IMG/VR virus record: IMGVR_UViG_3300010370_000030
Span: 17,808-81,807 of that record
DNA from: a virus
Reading direction: 5' to 3' (one strand)
Length of the DNA stretch: 64,000 nt
Made by a program: the position numbers and the translations under genes. Of the stretch, positions 38,001-48,600 are shown piece after piece. The notes below the pieces were generated by a model that was not told where the DNA came from, did no database searches, and was given only the letters and a program-made list of their open reading frames with translations. Each line of letters begins with the position of its first letter. Position 1 is the first letter of the stretch.

Positions 38001-39052
38001 CTTCAAGTACGATTAACACGTTAGAGATACCTGAACTCTATACGACTCAAGGTAAATATGTTGACCTACGTAATGCCTTTGATTTTCGTCCATATGCTAC
38101 AAACACTGCTGTTGTTACGGCAACATTGGGTTCAGCAAATACAAACCCATCAGGCGCATTCACTTTAAGTAGTGCAGAATTGTATATCCCAGCACCTGAT
38201 TCCACCATAACGTTCGATGCCACGTATTATAATAAACGTAAAGACCGTGTTGTTGTAACAAGTAACGGATCCTTTGTTGTTCTACAAGGTACGCCTGATC
38301 TTAATAATCCAAAAGCTCCAGAACAACCAGATCATTCGGTTACAATAGGCGTGCTAAGTATTCCTGCATATCCCTCGTTGCCTTCAGTTTTAAACTCTCA
38401 GACAACAGAGTTTGCCGGTAAAGAACTTGTTTCACAAGATACGCTTTTAACTGAAAGACTTAGTAGCTCACTAGTGACGGTTGATTCAGTAAAAAATATT
38501 AATGATGCCCAACACCGCGTTTACACGATGAAAGATATTGGTTTACTTGATCGTCGTTTAAACACAATTGAAAGCACCGTGAGTTTATCAGCTATTGAGC
38601 AAAAAATAAAAGAACTAACAATTCCAAGTAGCATAACAATAACAACAAACAGATTTAAGAACGCATTCTTTGTCGATCAGTTTAGTGATTACACTAAATC
38701 TGATTCAACTCATCGTGAATTCAGAGCAGGTATATCGCCTGAACGTGGAGTTTTACAACCAAAGATCAATCAACTAAATATTGAGTCTGAGTTTGATTTA
38801 ACGCATTCTAACACAGCCGCTTGTGTTACGAATGGATTTGCTATGTTACCGTATACGTCGGAAACACTGATCAATCAAAACATAAAGAATATTGTTCTTA
38901 ACGGTGATGGACAAGAAGTAAGGTTTATAGGGTCAGGATCAATTTCACCTCCATCTTTCTCTGTGAAATTGCGTGGTGAACGTATTATTCAAGAAGATGC
39001 TCCACCACCACCGCCGCCTCCACCAAGTAGGCCGTGGTGGAAATTCTGGTAA
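35039..39052 (+). CDS. VrlC/DUF4815-like virion structural protein, N-terminal part
   Basis: LNVSPYYDDF, ILFKPG.AVQ.RELNQLQ, NYTAPGADR, LARRT.E..GNY, YTMKDIG.L..R, RFKN.FFVD.F. Confidence 0.85.
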   Translation: MPLEKSLNVSPYYDDFNEEKDFYRILFKPGVAVQTRELNQLQALLQNQVERFGSHVFKSGTILSGVNFNYLTAYPYAKILDVQTDGQPSLPAGYVNYFVKSSLNLTARVVDYKDGLEASNPDLKTIYLRYTNSSDPDPAASSIIYSAFQPNEQLTVFGEDYPLFKINVISGGVGFSNSDTIVVQSALQLANVTGTFTNGEVITQSTTLAKGVIKAINTTAIACTTILSIAPLTADLTNTSVNSAAWTFTAPYTVVGNTSGATANVSGLIGSGATALMTTDTSGIIQSISLSNVGEDYTYLPWVTVKTSNTTATVASLDLVAQNYKAKITVANTTVNAVGTGYAFGVSEGIIYQKGHFLRVEKQSIIIDKYTTTPNNIVVGFKTTEEYVDSNEDETLLDNASGAPNYTAPGADRLLLTPVLTTLTSEQAAANIDFFALAEWKSGLPFKENRTTVYTTIGDELARRTYETHGNYIIDRFNVTTKEKATTNTTHFDVVVDPGTAYIEGYRIATKYNNYINVARSSTTTDLSSQSITVNYGNYTIVKELVGVFNFKAGASVSLYDTAKQLITNSTNTTLTVTNGTITPAGNSIGTARLRSLVLDTGDPGTAEATYRMYLFDIDMDSGYSFRDVKSIYSNDGQDGIADVVRVQDATINANVAQLYDVSRNQLVFPIEAGAVESLENISYIYRTVSDNDRLVTTSGTVQIGPLNAGFTFPYSGTLSATQEKDFVVIPTEPFQAAANITGTSISVYANGLIEGTGTTFIADLAPGDFIKCANSTAAAYFQIKSIANNTQAQLTTAATAMTAGNTYLYFPALYPISLSRTSRSISINGGANTATISLGVSANVEANAIVVYNVKRTNVSPVSKTINRDVLVKIHTANNDGSNTGPWSLGLPGVVRLKNVYLGNSTNVGTTTNTTVSDVTKYFVIDPVEDENAYRLSQLKLKNVPSTLAVNTNQFILAKVDVLTQASRGLVAIGSYDIDDTANLASSSSTINTLEIPELYTTQGKYVDLRNAFDFRPYATNTAVVTATLGSANTNPSGAFTLSSAELYIPAPDSTITFDATYYNKRKDRVVVTSNGSFVVLQGTPDLNNPKAPEQPDHSVTIGVLSIPAYPSLPSVLNSQTTEFAGKELVSQDTLLTERLSSSLVTVDSVKNINDAQHRVYTMKDIGLLDRRLNTIESTVSLSAIEQKIKELTIPSSITITTNRFKNAFFVDQFSDYTKSDSTHREFRAGISPERGVLQPKINQLNIESEFDLTHSNTAACVTNGFAMLPYTSETLINQNIKNIVLNGDGQEVRFIGSGSISPPSFSVKLRGERIIQEDAPPPPPPPPSRPWWKFW

Positions 39053-39065
39053 GGATAAGTGTTAA

Positions 39066-39545
39066 ATGGCAATACAAACAAATTTATTTTTTACGACACG
39101 CGACCAGGTTTTTACGGTAACAGTCTATGGGCTGAGACCTTTAACAAGACATTATTGTTTTTTTGAACGCAAACTTGTTCCGACAACTCAAATAAAACCT
39201 TTAAATGGAAATTTAGGTGAGTCAATTATTACCGATGAAAACGGATCTGTAACATTTGACTTCTATTATCAAAGTGGAGCTTCTCTCGCTGCGACAACTG
39301 TTGCGGAAGCTCAACGGTTTGCTGCATCTATTGCAGGTACGAAGGAAATTATTGTTAGCAACATCGGTTCGTCTACGTTAGATGCAGGATACGAAAATAC
39401 ATCGGATTCTTTCTTTACAACACAAATCCAAATTTCTGTTTTTATTCCGTCAGATAATGAGTTTGAGACTATAAACAAACCCTATGTACCGCCGCCTCCT
39501 CCTCCTATTACAGACGCGGGATACGATCAACCTCAAGGATGGTAA
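39066..39545 (+). CDS. Virion structural protein, VrlC-like middle part
   Basis: GLRP.TRHY.FF, ITDENG..F; poly-Pro C-terminus. Confidence 0.65.
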   Translation: MAIQTNLFFTTRDQVFTVTVYGLRPLTRHYCFFERKLVPTTQIKPLNGNLGESIITDENGSVTFDFYYQSGASLAATTVAEAQRFAASIAGTKEIIVSNIGSSTLDAGYENTSDSFFTTQIQISVFIPSDNEFETINKPYVPPPPPPITDAGYDQPQGW

Positions 39546-39565
39546 TTAATAATAAAAGGTAATAA

Positions 39566-41602
39566 ATGAGCTACGATTTAGGACAAACATTTTATGTAGA
39601 CAAAGCGGCAGTTCAAAATGCTGAGATGTGTTTTGTTACCTCTGTTGGTTTGTTTTTCAAATCAAAACCTGTCCAAGGCAAAACAGTAAGTGGTTTAGAA
39701 TCACCAGGTGTCACCGTTGCTTTGTGTAGTGTTAAAGAAGATGGGACACCTAATATAGGTAGTTCACCGATAGATATAGCCCGTAAAGAATACGCCGATA
39801 TATCTGTAAGTGCTACGGGTTCTACAGAAACGACTTTTATATTTGCTAAGCCGATATGTATCGATACTAATCGAACATATTGTTTCCTTATAGCTTTTGA
39901 CGGTAATGATACGGATTATGAAATATTTGCAAATAAAGCCGGCAAACTAGCTGTTTCATCGACGTCGATTTCACAGGTCTCATCAGGCATTGTTGATGGT
40001 AATGCCTACAAAATAACAAATGGTAACGTTCTTACTCCTCTGACCGATACAGATATCACATTTAAAGTTAAAGTAGCTAAATTCACCGAGCTCACACAAA
40101 CGATAAAGATTAACAATCGTCCCTATGAGTTTTTAACCGTTTCTGGTGTTACTGGAACATTTAAAGGTGGTGAAGAAGTTTATGGCTACGGAACAGGTGT
40201 AGGGAACGTCACTATCACACAAACGACATCTCTTGTTGGTGACGGTACAAATTTTACTGCACAGTTATCCGTGGGAGATAAAATCAAGATAGAAAGCGCT
40301 AACGGTGATTTGGTTAATATTCGCGTTGTAAACTCTATTACTAACACAACACATTTGGTAATGGATCGCCCAGGAAGTTTTATTGATAGTGAGGCAACGT
40401 GTAATACCGCACCAACAGGTATTCTTTATGAATATGATCCAATAAATGATTTAATGGTGATACAAGATTCAGACTCAATATCTGACAACTACAGAAACTG
40501 GGGTGATTCAGGTATCATCATAGGTGTGGATTCTAGAGCTTCGGCAGATATAACTAGTGTAGCGAATACCCGTGTTAACAACATTATACCCAACTATACG
40601 GCTACAACACCTCCACAAACATCACTGTCGCTTACGGCTAATTTTGCTAACACGAGTGGAGGAGTGAGCTCCACGAGGAAAGTAACAGCAAAGCTCGGTA
40701 AGCGAGTGTTCATCAATACGTATGACGCAATGCTGGCTTCTAGGACCCGTGAAGTCAAGGCAGCTACGCCTTTCAAATCGTTTGAAGGTGAACTCGTATT
40801 GACAACATCCAATCCTTACTCTAGTCCCTTTGTACGTGAAAATGATTTGGATTTATTTGTAGAAAGATATAGCGTTAACAATAATACAGCAAGCGAATCA
40901 TCAAACAGAGGGTCTGCTTCAGCTCGTTACATTGGAAATCAAGTAACGTTAACAAATAATCAATTTGCTGAAGATATGAAAATCTATCTCAAAGCATTTA
41001 AGCCTTCAAACACTGATATTAAAGTGTATGTTAAATTTTATAACACGACAGATATTGAATCATTTGACATGAAGAGTTGGACAGAACTATCGTTAAATTC
41101 AACTTCGGTAAGTGTAACATCAAACCCTTCAAACATTGATGATTTTAAAGATTTAGGGTTTGATGTACCGTTTTATCCACCTGGTACGCAAATCACAGGT
41201 AATTTTGCTGTCAACGCGAATGGTTTAATCGAAGGGTCATCGGGTACAGTAAGTAGTAACGTAGCTGTGGGGGATGTTGTTCGGGTTTATCATCCAGCTA
41301 ATGCTAGCATATACGTTGTAGATTCTGTGGTCGCAACTAATTCTTCTTCTTTAACCTTGTCGAGAGGGATTTCAAATACAACCATTACAAACCTACAATC
41401 GGGATTTTATGTAGACAAGACTACAGACAAAGAGGTTGCTTTCCTGGATAAACAAAATTTTAACACATTAACATATTTTAATAGTTCATTATCTAAGTTC
41501 AAGACATACAACGCTTTTGCTGTGAAGATTGTGTTATTGTCTTCGGATAATACAAATATACCATTTGTTGATGATCTACAGGCTGTGGCGGTGTCAGCGT
41601 GA
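39566..41602 (+). CDS. Virion structural protein, VrlC-like C-terminal part
   Basis: LGQTFYV, FVTSV.LFF..K, DI.FK...AKF, ARYI...VTL, AED.K.YL.A.KP, FAVKIVL, DL.AVAV. Confidence 0.75.
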   Translation: MSYDLGQTFYVDKAAVQNAEMCFVTSVGLFFKSKPVQGKTVSGLESPGVTVALCSVKEDGTPNIGSSPIDIARKEYADISVSATGSTETTFIFAKPICIDTNRTYCFLIAFDGNDTDYEIFANKAGKLAVSSTSISQVSSGIVDGNAYKITNGNVLTPLTDTDITFKVKVAKFTELTQTIKINNRPYEFLTVSGVTGTFKGGEEVYGYGTGVGNVTITQTTSLVGDGTNFTAQLSVGDKIKIESANGDLVNIRVVNSITNTTHLVMDRPGSFIDSEATCNTAPTGILYEYDPINDLMVIQDSDSISDNYRNWGDSGIIIGVDSRASADITSVANTRVNNIIPNYTATTPPQTSLSLTANFANTSGGVSSTRKVTAKLGKRVFINTYDAMLASRTREVKAATPFKSFEGELVLTTSNPYSSPFVRENDLDLFVERYSVNNNTASESSNRGSASARYIGNQVTLTNNQFAEDMKIYLKAFKPSNTDIKVYVKFYNTTDIESFDMKSWTELSLNSTSVSVTSNPSNIDDFKDLGFDVPFYPPGTQITGNFAVNANGLIEGSSGTVSSNVAVGDVVRVYHPANASIYVVDSVVATNSSSLTLSRGISNTTITNLQSGFYVDKTTDKEVAFLDKQNFNTLTYFNSSLSKFKTYNAFAVKIVLLSSDNTNIPFVDDLQAVAVSA

Positions 41603-41832
41603 ATTATCGTCCAGATACAAGCGACTCTAATTATATTCGAGATCCTCTGTCCAAAGCTGTTCTAAATATTGATATGGCAGGATATGAACGGTTCAAAACG
41701 GAACGAGACTTCATACTAAGGCAGCAACAACTTGAAAATAGTGTGCATGATCTTAAAAAAGACTTGAATGAATTCAAAGACTTGATTAAACAGTTAATTA
41801 ACGGAAACACAAATGGCAAGACCAATAGCTAA
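41599..41832 (+). CDS. Small coiled-coil virion-associated protein
   Basis: RDPLSKAVLNID followed by heptads; GTGA coupling. Confidence 0.7.
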   Translation: MNYRPDTSDSNYIRDPLSKAVLNIDMAGYERFKTERDFILRQQQLENSVHDLKKDLNEFKDLIKQLINGNTNGKTNS

Positions 41833-43885
41833 TGTTGTTATATCTACGGATTCATTTGCAACGTGGATTGGTATTACTAATCGGATAGCGGACACTATTA
41901 CGACGCAGGCCTTAACAGCAAACAATACCGCTAATGGGGCTAATGTTTCTGGTAATTCACAACTGATAGGTATTTTTGCTGCAAACACTATAGCTGCTGG
42001 CACAACCCTACGTGGTGGTACAGTTAACGCATCGGCTAATTTAAATGTAACATCAAATGCTTACTTTACAGGAAGTAATACGGCATTTGCTAGCAACGTT
42101 GCCATCTACAATTCGACAGGATATTTTTATTCAAACACACAAACGTTTTACGTAGCTGGTACACTTGCCAATGTAACCGCAAACAGCTACTTTAATTCCA
42201 ACTTCTTCATTGCAAACACGGTTATAAACCGTGTACAAGGTGGTGGATTTCAAGTAACTTCAAACACACTACTTTCTTCAGCTAATGTGTTTGTTAACGC
42301 AACGGCAACAACAATACAAAACGGCCAGGCGACAATAACATCTAACGTCTCTATTGAGAATACAAATACCAATATTAATGCAACAGCTTTTGGTGTTCAA
42401 GGTGTTAGCACTATAACAGGTAACACTACATTAAAAGGTAATACATCTACTAATAGTATTCAGCTCACTGGCAATTCGACTGTAACAGCTTTATCGGTAA
42501 GTGTCAACAGCGCTTCTGTTGTGGGTAATTTGGCTGTGACAAATGCTACTTCGTTATCCAATACGTTATCTATTAGTGGCAACACAACGATATCAAACAC
42601 GTTAGTTGTTACTGGTAATGTAACGTTCTCAAATACCCTATCAGTTGTTGGTGCAGCTACACTGTCGAATACATTAGCCGTGACAAATGCAGTAACTTTG
42701 TCAAACACGTTGTTGACGGTAGGTAATGTAACGTTTTCGAATACATTAGCTGTAACCGGTGCTGTCACAATGTCTAATACGCTAGCCGTGACAAATGCAG
42801 CTACGTTTTCAAATACAGTATCCGTTACTGGTAATGCTACGTTTTCAAACACAATATCTGTTACGGGCGCTGCAACACTTTCAAATACACTGGCAGTGAC
42901 AAATGCGGCAACATTATCTAACACGCTGTCTGTTACTGGTAATGTTGCGTTTTCAAACACATTATCCGTTACAGGTAATACTACATTATCAAACACATTA
43001 GCTGTAACTGGTGCTGTAACGTTATCAAATACATTAGCCGTTACAGGTACTGGGACGGTGAACGGTGCATTCACCGTTAACAATACAGCTTCTGTAGGCA
43101 ACACAACAATAACAGGATTTGTTAACGTATCATCAACGGCAAATGTTGGTGGTAATGTAAATTTAAGAGGCACTCTCACTGTTAACGGTGCTGTGACAGT
43201 ACCTAATACATTAGCTGTAGGAAATACTAGTGTTACTGGTTTTGTGTCTGTGACACAAACATTGGGTGTAACTAACGCTGTTACTTTCTCCAACACACTA
43301 GCGGTCACGGGTAATGTAACGTTTTCTAATACGTTAGCGGTTACAGGTGCAACGACTTTATCTAATACGTTAGCTGTTATAGGTAATGCGACGTTCTCAA
43401 ATACAATATCCGTCACTGGTAACGCAACATTCTCAAATACGATATCTGTAACCGGTAATACTACGCTATCAAATACATTAGCCGTAACAGGTGCTACGAC
43501 TCTATCGAACACACTCAGTGTTGCTGGTAATACAACACTCCAAACAGATCTTGAATTGTGCGTTGTATCGACTACACTTAATACAGTCACTGTAACTCCA
43601 CAAGATGTGTTGGTGTTAACAAAGCCTGTAGGATATAGAGCTGCAAAAATAACTGCAGCAGTGACAAGTCAAAGTGGTGCCAATGTATCAACACAGGAAA
43701 TGATCCTCGCACATTCAGCTTCTGCTAATGATGTAACATTGACAATTTATGGTACAGTAGCTGCTCCAGCAACAGCTAATCTGGGTAGTTTTTCTGCTGC
43801 TATAAATACAACAGCACTAGCGCTAAAGTTTCAACAAAACGGTGCTAGCTCGCTTGTAAAAATGTTCATTCAGTTTATCAAATAA
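41813..43885 (+). CDS. Fibre-like protein with 12-aa VTG(N/A)xT(L/F)SNTLA repeats
   Basis: DSF.TW...TN N-terminus; more than 20 dodecapeptide units. Confidence 0.75.
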   Translation: MARPIANVVISTDSFATWIGITNRIADTITTQALTANNTANGANVSGNSQLIGIFAANTIAAGTTLRGGTVNASANLNVTSNAYFTGSNTAFASNVAIYNSTGYFYSNTQTFYVAGTLANVTANSYFNSNFFIANTVINRVQGGGFQVTSNTLLSSANVFVNATATTIQNGQATITSNVSIENTNTNINATAFGVQGVSTITGNTTLKGNTSTNSIQLTGNSTVTALSVSVNSASVVGNLAVTNATSLSNTLSISGNTTISNTLVVTGNVTFSNTLSVVGAATLSNTLAVTNAVTLSNTLLTVGNVTFSNTLAVTGAVTMSNTLAVTNAATFSNTVSVTGNATFSNTISVTGAATLSNTLAVTNAATLSNTLSVTGNVAFSNTLSVTGNTTLSNTLAVTGAVTLSNTLAVTGTGTVNGAFTVNNTASVGNTTITGFVNVSSTANVGGNVNLRGTLTVNGAVTVPNTLAVGNTSVTGFVSVTQTLGVTNAVTFSNTLAVTGNVTFSNTLAVTGATTLSNTLAVIGNATFSNTISVTGNATFSNTISVTGNTTLSNTLAVTGATTLSNTLSVAGNTTLQTDLELCVVSTTLNTVTVTPQDVLVLTKPVGYRAAKITAAVTSQSGANVSTQEMILAHSASANDVTLTIYGTVAAPATANLGSFSAAINTTALALKFQQNGASSLVKMFIQFIK
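42530..43535 (+). repeat. Degenerate 36-bp coding repeats
   Basis: Recurrent TCAAA(C/T)ACATTAGC.GT.AC.GG units. Confidence 0.85.
43801..43808 (+). promoter_or_regulatory. Possible late promoter TATAAATA
   Basis: Exact motif inside the upstream gene, about 85 nt before the next start. Confidence 0.5.
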
Positions 43886-43893
43886 GGTAAGTA

Positions 43894-45687
43894 ATGGCTG
43901 ATACGTCAAGCAATGTTCAATTTAAGGTTGAAAATGGTCTCCTTGTTTTAGGTACCGCTAACGTTGCTGGACCAGTGGTGTTCAATGGCAACGTTGACAT
44001 TAACGGGTCATATCTTTCTGTTACGGCAAACCTTCAAAGTAGCCTGATCCCATTAAATAACACCTATTCACTTGGTAACGCAACGTCGCGCTGGGCATTG
44101 AGTGCAATGGGTGGTAGCTTCGTTGAAAGTGTTTCAGTTACCAACACCTTATCAACAGGTAATACAACAATAACCGGCTTTGTGAACGTATCTTCCACAG
44201 CAAACATTGGTGGTGCAACAACACTAAGAGATACGTTGACTGTTGACGGTGCTGTAACGATCGCCAATACCCTAGCTACAGGTAATACGTCCATAACTGG
44301 TACATTGGCAGCCAACGATACAACTATAACAGGGTTTGTTAATGTATCTTCAACAGCCAATGTCGGTGGCGCCACGTCGTTACGAAGTACACTGGTTGTA
44401 AACGGTGCTGTAACAATAGCCAATACGTTAGGTACAGGTAACACATCTATAACAGGGTTCGCAACAGTATCCACAACCCTCACAGTTACTGGAGCAACGA
44501 CACTTTCTAATACGCTCTCTGTAACAGGAAACACTACTCTTTCAAACACGCTAGCTGTCACTGGTAATACATCTCTTTCTAATAGTTTAATCGTAACTGG
44601 TAACACAACCTTATCCAATACGCTGGCTGTAACTGGTAACGTCGTTCTATCGAACACGATAGCTGTTACTGGTAACGTGACGTTTTCTAATACGTTAGCG
44701 GTTACAGGTAATGCTACTTTTTCAAACACTATTAATATTGCAGGTATCGCGACCTTACGTAGTGCTGCCAATGTGGTTGGAGCAGCTGCAGCCTTCAATG
44801 CATTGACAGGGGTTGCAAACACGACGGAGTTCATCACCACAACAGCAGCACATGGCTTTAGTAATGGTGATCTGGTTCAGTACATTGTATCGACTGGCAA
44901 TACAGCTGTGACAGGTCTTGCAAATGGAACAAGCTACTACGTGGTTGAGGCAAATTCAACCGCATTTAAGTTATCCACGTCGTATGGTGGATCAGCCATA
45001 AATCTAACCGCCAGTGCTAGTGAAGTTGGACACACTCTTACGCCCCAACGAATTGTTCTATCAACGAATGGTAATATTGACAGTTCGTTAGGATTAGCTA
45101 ACGTTGGCTCTTTACGTGTATTAGGGACCGCTGTTGTAAACGGTGCAGTAACGCTAGCTAGTACGTTAGGTGTTAATGGAGCAGCAACATTTTCAAACAC
45201 ATTATCCGTAACAGGTAATGCGACCCTGTCAAACACGCTTGCTGTTACTGGTGCAACGACGCTATCAAATACACTTGTTGTTTCGGGTGACGCAACATTT
45301 GACACAGATTTGCTTTTCATTGATGCAGTAAACAATAGGATTGGATTTAAGAACACATCACCAAGTTCAACCGATCTAATAACTATATCTGGTAACACAG
45401 TACTTACTGGTTTAAGTGCAGCTATTCGTTTCCTATCGTCAAACGCAACACATAATGCGTCTATTACAATAGCCGGTAACGCAACAAATACACGTACGAC
45501 GTTTACTACATACGAAGCGAACGCAACAGCAAGTGACGGTGGTTTTATTTTCCAGGCAGCAAACGGAACAACAACCACATCTGTTCTAGCTTTTAATCAA
45601 ACTGAGCTAAAGTATAAAACTGGTAATGTTGCACATGCAGGAAATTTTGGGATTTACGATGTGAACGGTACGCGGCTAGGACCATGA
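43894..45687 (+). CDS. Fibre-like protein with 12-aa repeats and one gp7-type HGF..GD.V.Y module
   Basis: FKVENGL N-terminus; VTGNTTLSNTLA repeats; HGFSNGDLVQY...YYVV...FKLS. Confidence 0.75.
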   Translation: MADTSSNVQFKVENGLLVLGTANVAGPVVFNGNVDINGSYLSVTANLQSSLIPLNNTYSLGNATSRWALSAMGGSFVESVSVTNTLSTGNTTITGFVNVSSTANIGGATTLRDTLTVDGAVTIANTLATGNTSITGTLAANDTTITGFVNVSSTANVGGATSLRSTLVVNGAVTIANTLGTGNTSITGFATVSTTLTVTGATTLSNTLSVTGNTTLSNTLAVTGNTSLSNSLIVTGNTTLSNTLAVTGNVVLSNTIAVTGNVTFSNTLAVTGNATFSNTINIAGIATLRSAANVVGAAAAFNALTGVANTTEFITTTAAHGFSNGDLVQYIVSTGNTAVTGLANGTSYYVVEANSTAFKLSTSYGGSAINLTASASEVGHTLTPQRIVLSTNGNIDSSLGLANVGSLRVLGTAVVNGAVTLASTLGVNGAATFSNTLSVTGNATLSNTLAVTGATTLSNTLVVSGDATFDTDLLFIDAVNNRIGFKNTSPSSTDLITISGNTVLTGLSAAIRFLSSNATHNASITIAGNATNTRTTFTTYEANATASDGGFIFQAANGTTTTSVLAFNQTELKYKTGNVAHAGNFGIYDVNGTRLGP

Positions 45688-45688
45688 A

Positions 45689-48600
45689 ATGGCAAGACCA
45701 CTTAGAGCAAGATATGTTACAGCAAGTACAAGTGATGGTGTTCAGGAGATGTCGGATAGTGACATCAATGACCTTGTTATTCCTAGGATAACCAACTTAT
45801 TTTACGCTGCATCGAATACATCCGGCTACGGTAACAAACTCGAACTAAGAACTACACCACCAACTTGGAATTATGTTACTGGTGGGACTGTTCTTGATGT
45901 GTTTCCAACAGCTTTACCACCCATCGGGACACATCCAGTAACTTCTTCGTCAACAACATACACGTTGTACCAAAATCTTGACACTGCATTGACAACAAAC
46001 TTTGATCTTATAACCAAACCTGTTAAAACAGAGGCAAGTGGCGGTGTTCAAAAAATCCAGCAATTCTCAAACAATGATATTAGAGACGATATTCACAGCA
46101 AAGTTATTGCCGAAATATCTGCTGGAGCACAGGGAGCTTACTGGCTTGGAACTTCGCCACCAGGAACAGGCACGTGGATTATCGTATCTTCGATAAACGA
46201 CACGTTTGTCAACTCAACAAGCAACAGCACGCAAACAACTACATACAATTTATATCAGCGTTCTACAAATAGTGGGTATGGTACTAAGAGACCTCTAAAA
46301 GGTACAGCGAACGCTCTTACAGAAATGTCTGATGCTGAAATCGACACTATGGCAGCGGCTATACGTGATTGTATTGCGGCTGGGATTGGAAGGTATCAGA
46401 TATCCGCAACAACACCGACACCAGGAACGTGGGTAGCCCGTGGTTCTTTCACAGATACACAGAATGGTATTGTTGATACACCGTATGCAGGTAGTTACTT
46501 AGGAGTATTCACTGGAGCATTTACTGGAGAATATAGCCGGGCCTTCAGTGGAAATTATGCTGGATCATATAATCAAGCGTTTACTGGTAACTTCATTGAT
46601 ACCTCACGGTTTACCGGGACGTATCAGGGAACGTATCAGAATACGTTCACAGGCGTGTATTCAAGAGCGTTCTCAAGAGAAACAACAACAGGATTTACCG
46701 GAATTTACCAAAACACATACTCGGGTACATACTCGGGTGTATATACAGGAGCCTACACCAGAGCATACGCTGGTACATATTCCGGGCTATATCAAGGCGC
46801 TTCATTTGCAGGATCATATGATAACACGTTCGCAGGTTCATATGACCGCGCATTTACAGGATCTTTTGATAGAGTATATGCAGGTTCATATGACCGCGCA
46901 TTTACAGGATCTTTTGATAGAGCATATGCAGGTTCATATGATCGCGTGTTTGCAGGATCATATGACCGTACGTTTACCTTTGAATGGAGTGGTTCTTACA
47001 GTGGCGCAGCGTTTGCAGGGTCATACGACCGTGCGTTTGCAGGGTCATACGACCGTGCGTTTTCGGGCAATTACACCAGAACATACACGGGATGGTATAC
47101 AACACAATGGACAAGAAATTATGCAGGCGGCTATGCTGGCCCAGCCTGGACTTTATCATACACAGGAACAAGGGAATATTCCTTTTCTCGAGTGTTTCAG
47201 ACATTGGTTCCGGTAGGAGTCAATGGGCCGGTTTATACAAGAAATTTCTTTGCGACAGAATTTACTAAAGGAACAACAGGAATCTTTACACAAGATCTCC
47301 AGTATTATAGAACTGGTTATTTTACCAGTGAAGTAAATCGAACGTTTACCGGTGATTACACAGGAAATTTCACAGTCGATTACACCGGTACATACTCACG
47401 TAATTTTTCAGGTACACGTGAAGGAATAACTTATGGGAGCACGTTTTCAGGCGTGTATGCTTTATTTAATTATACCGGGGACTTCACAAAAACAGCTCAA
47501 TTCTCAGGCATTGCCTACACGAGGAAATTTACTAGAAGTTATCAAGCGATCTTCGCAACTCAATACACAAGGACGTTTACAGGTTCTAGGGATAAATCTT
47601 ATTTAAACCCTTATAATAGCACATACTACTCAGGATCGTACGCCGGATCATATGCAGGTTCTGAAGCGTATGGAGGAGCTCCTTATTACACGGGGCTTCG
47701 CGATAGCGCTAGCTACTCAAGAGCCTTCACGGCAACATGGAGTGGTTTGAATGATGGTGAGGTGTACGCGCGTGCGTTCACAATCCTTGAAAGCTATTGG
47801 TTCTTTACCGCTACAAACTATACAAAAACATGGGCCGGTACATATACAGGGGCATTCAGTGGATTCTCATACGCACGTGTTTTCCAAAGGATATTTTCTG
47901 GTGCATATTCAAGACCATATGCAACAACTTATTCACGAGTTTTTACAAGATTTGTTCCAATATATTGGACGGCTATCTATTCAAGAGTCTTCAGTGGCGA
48001 TTATACGGCCACATACACAAGGGATTTAACGGCTACATATACCGCAACTTGGTCAAGAATTTTTGCAGGCGATTATACAAGTCCATACCCTTCATATCAA
48101 GCTACATTCACAGGGTCGTATACAAAGAACGAAACCTTTGCCTCGCCAATATTCCAAGGATTTTCGGGATCCTATGATCGCGTGTGGTCGGGCGATTATA
48201 CCCGAGCGTTTTCTGGTGATTATACTCGTGCGTTTTCTGGTAATTATACGCGAAATTACACTGGTGCATATACAGGCGATTACACACGCGCGTTTTCAGG
48301 AGATTATACCCGAGCGTTCTCAGGAGATTATACCCGAGCGTTCTCAGGAGATTATACTCGCGCATTTTCAGGCGATTATACCCGAGCGTTCTCAGGAGAT
48401 TATACCCGAGCGTTCTCTGGCAACTACACACGTGCGTTCTCAGGTAGCTATACGAGAACATACACGGGTAATTGGACCGGAGAATTCAACTCCACGTTTT
48501 CTGGGCCATATGTAGGATCCTTTATAGGTAGTTACATTGGATATTGGACGGGTGTTTATTCGCGGATATTCACCGGAGCATATACAGGAGAGTTTACAGG

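Noticed and set aside
42460-45578. Long minus-strand ORFs (376, 258, 213 aa)
   Set aside because: Shadows of repetitive V/T/N/A codons on the + strand; no motifs or RBS.
48190-48445. CRISPR-like array
   Set aside because: The 24-bp units abut without unique spacers, stay in frame and vary at synonymous sites; no cas genes.
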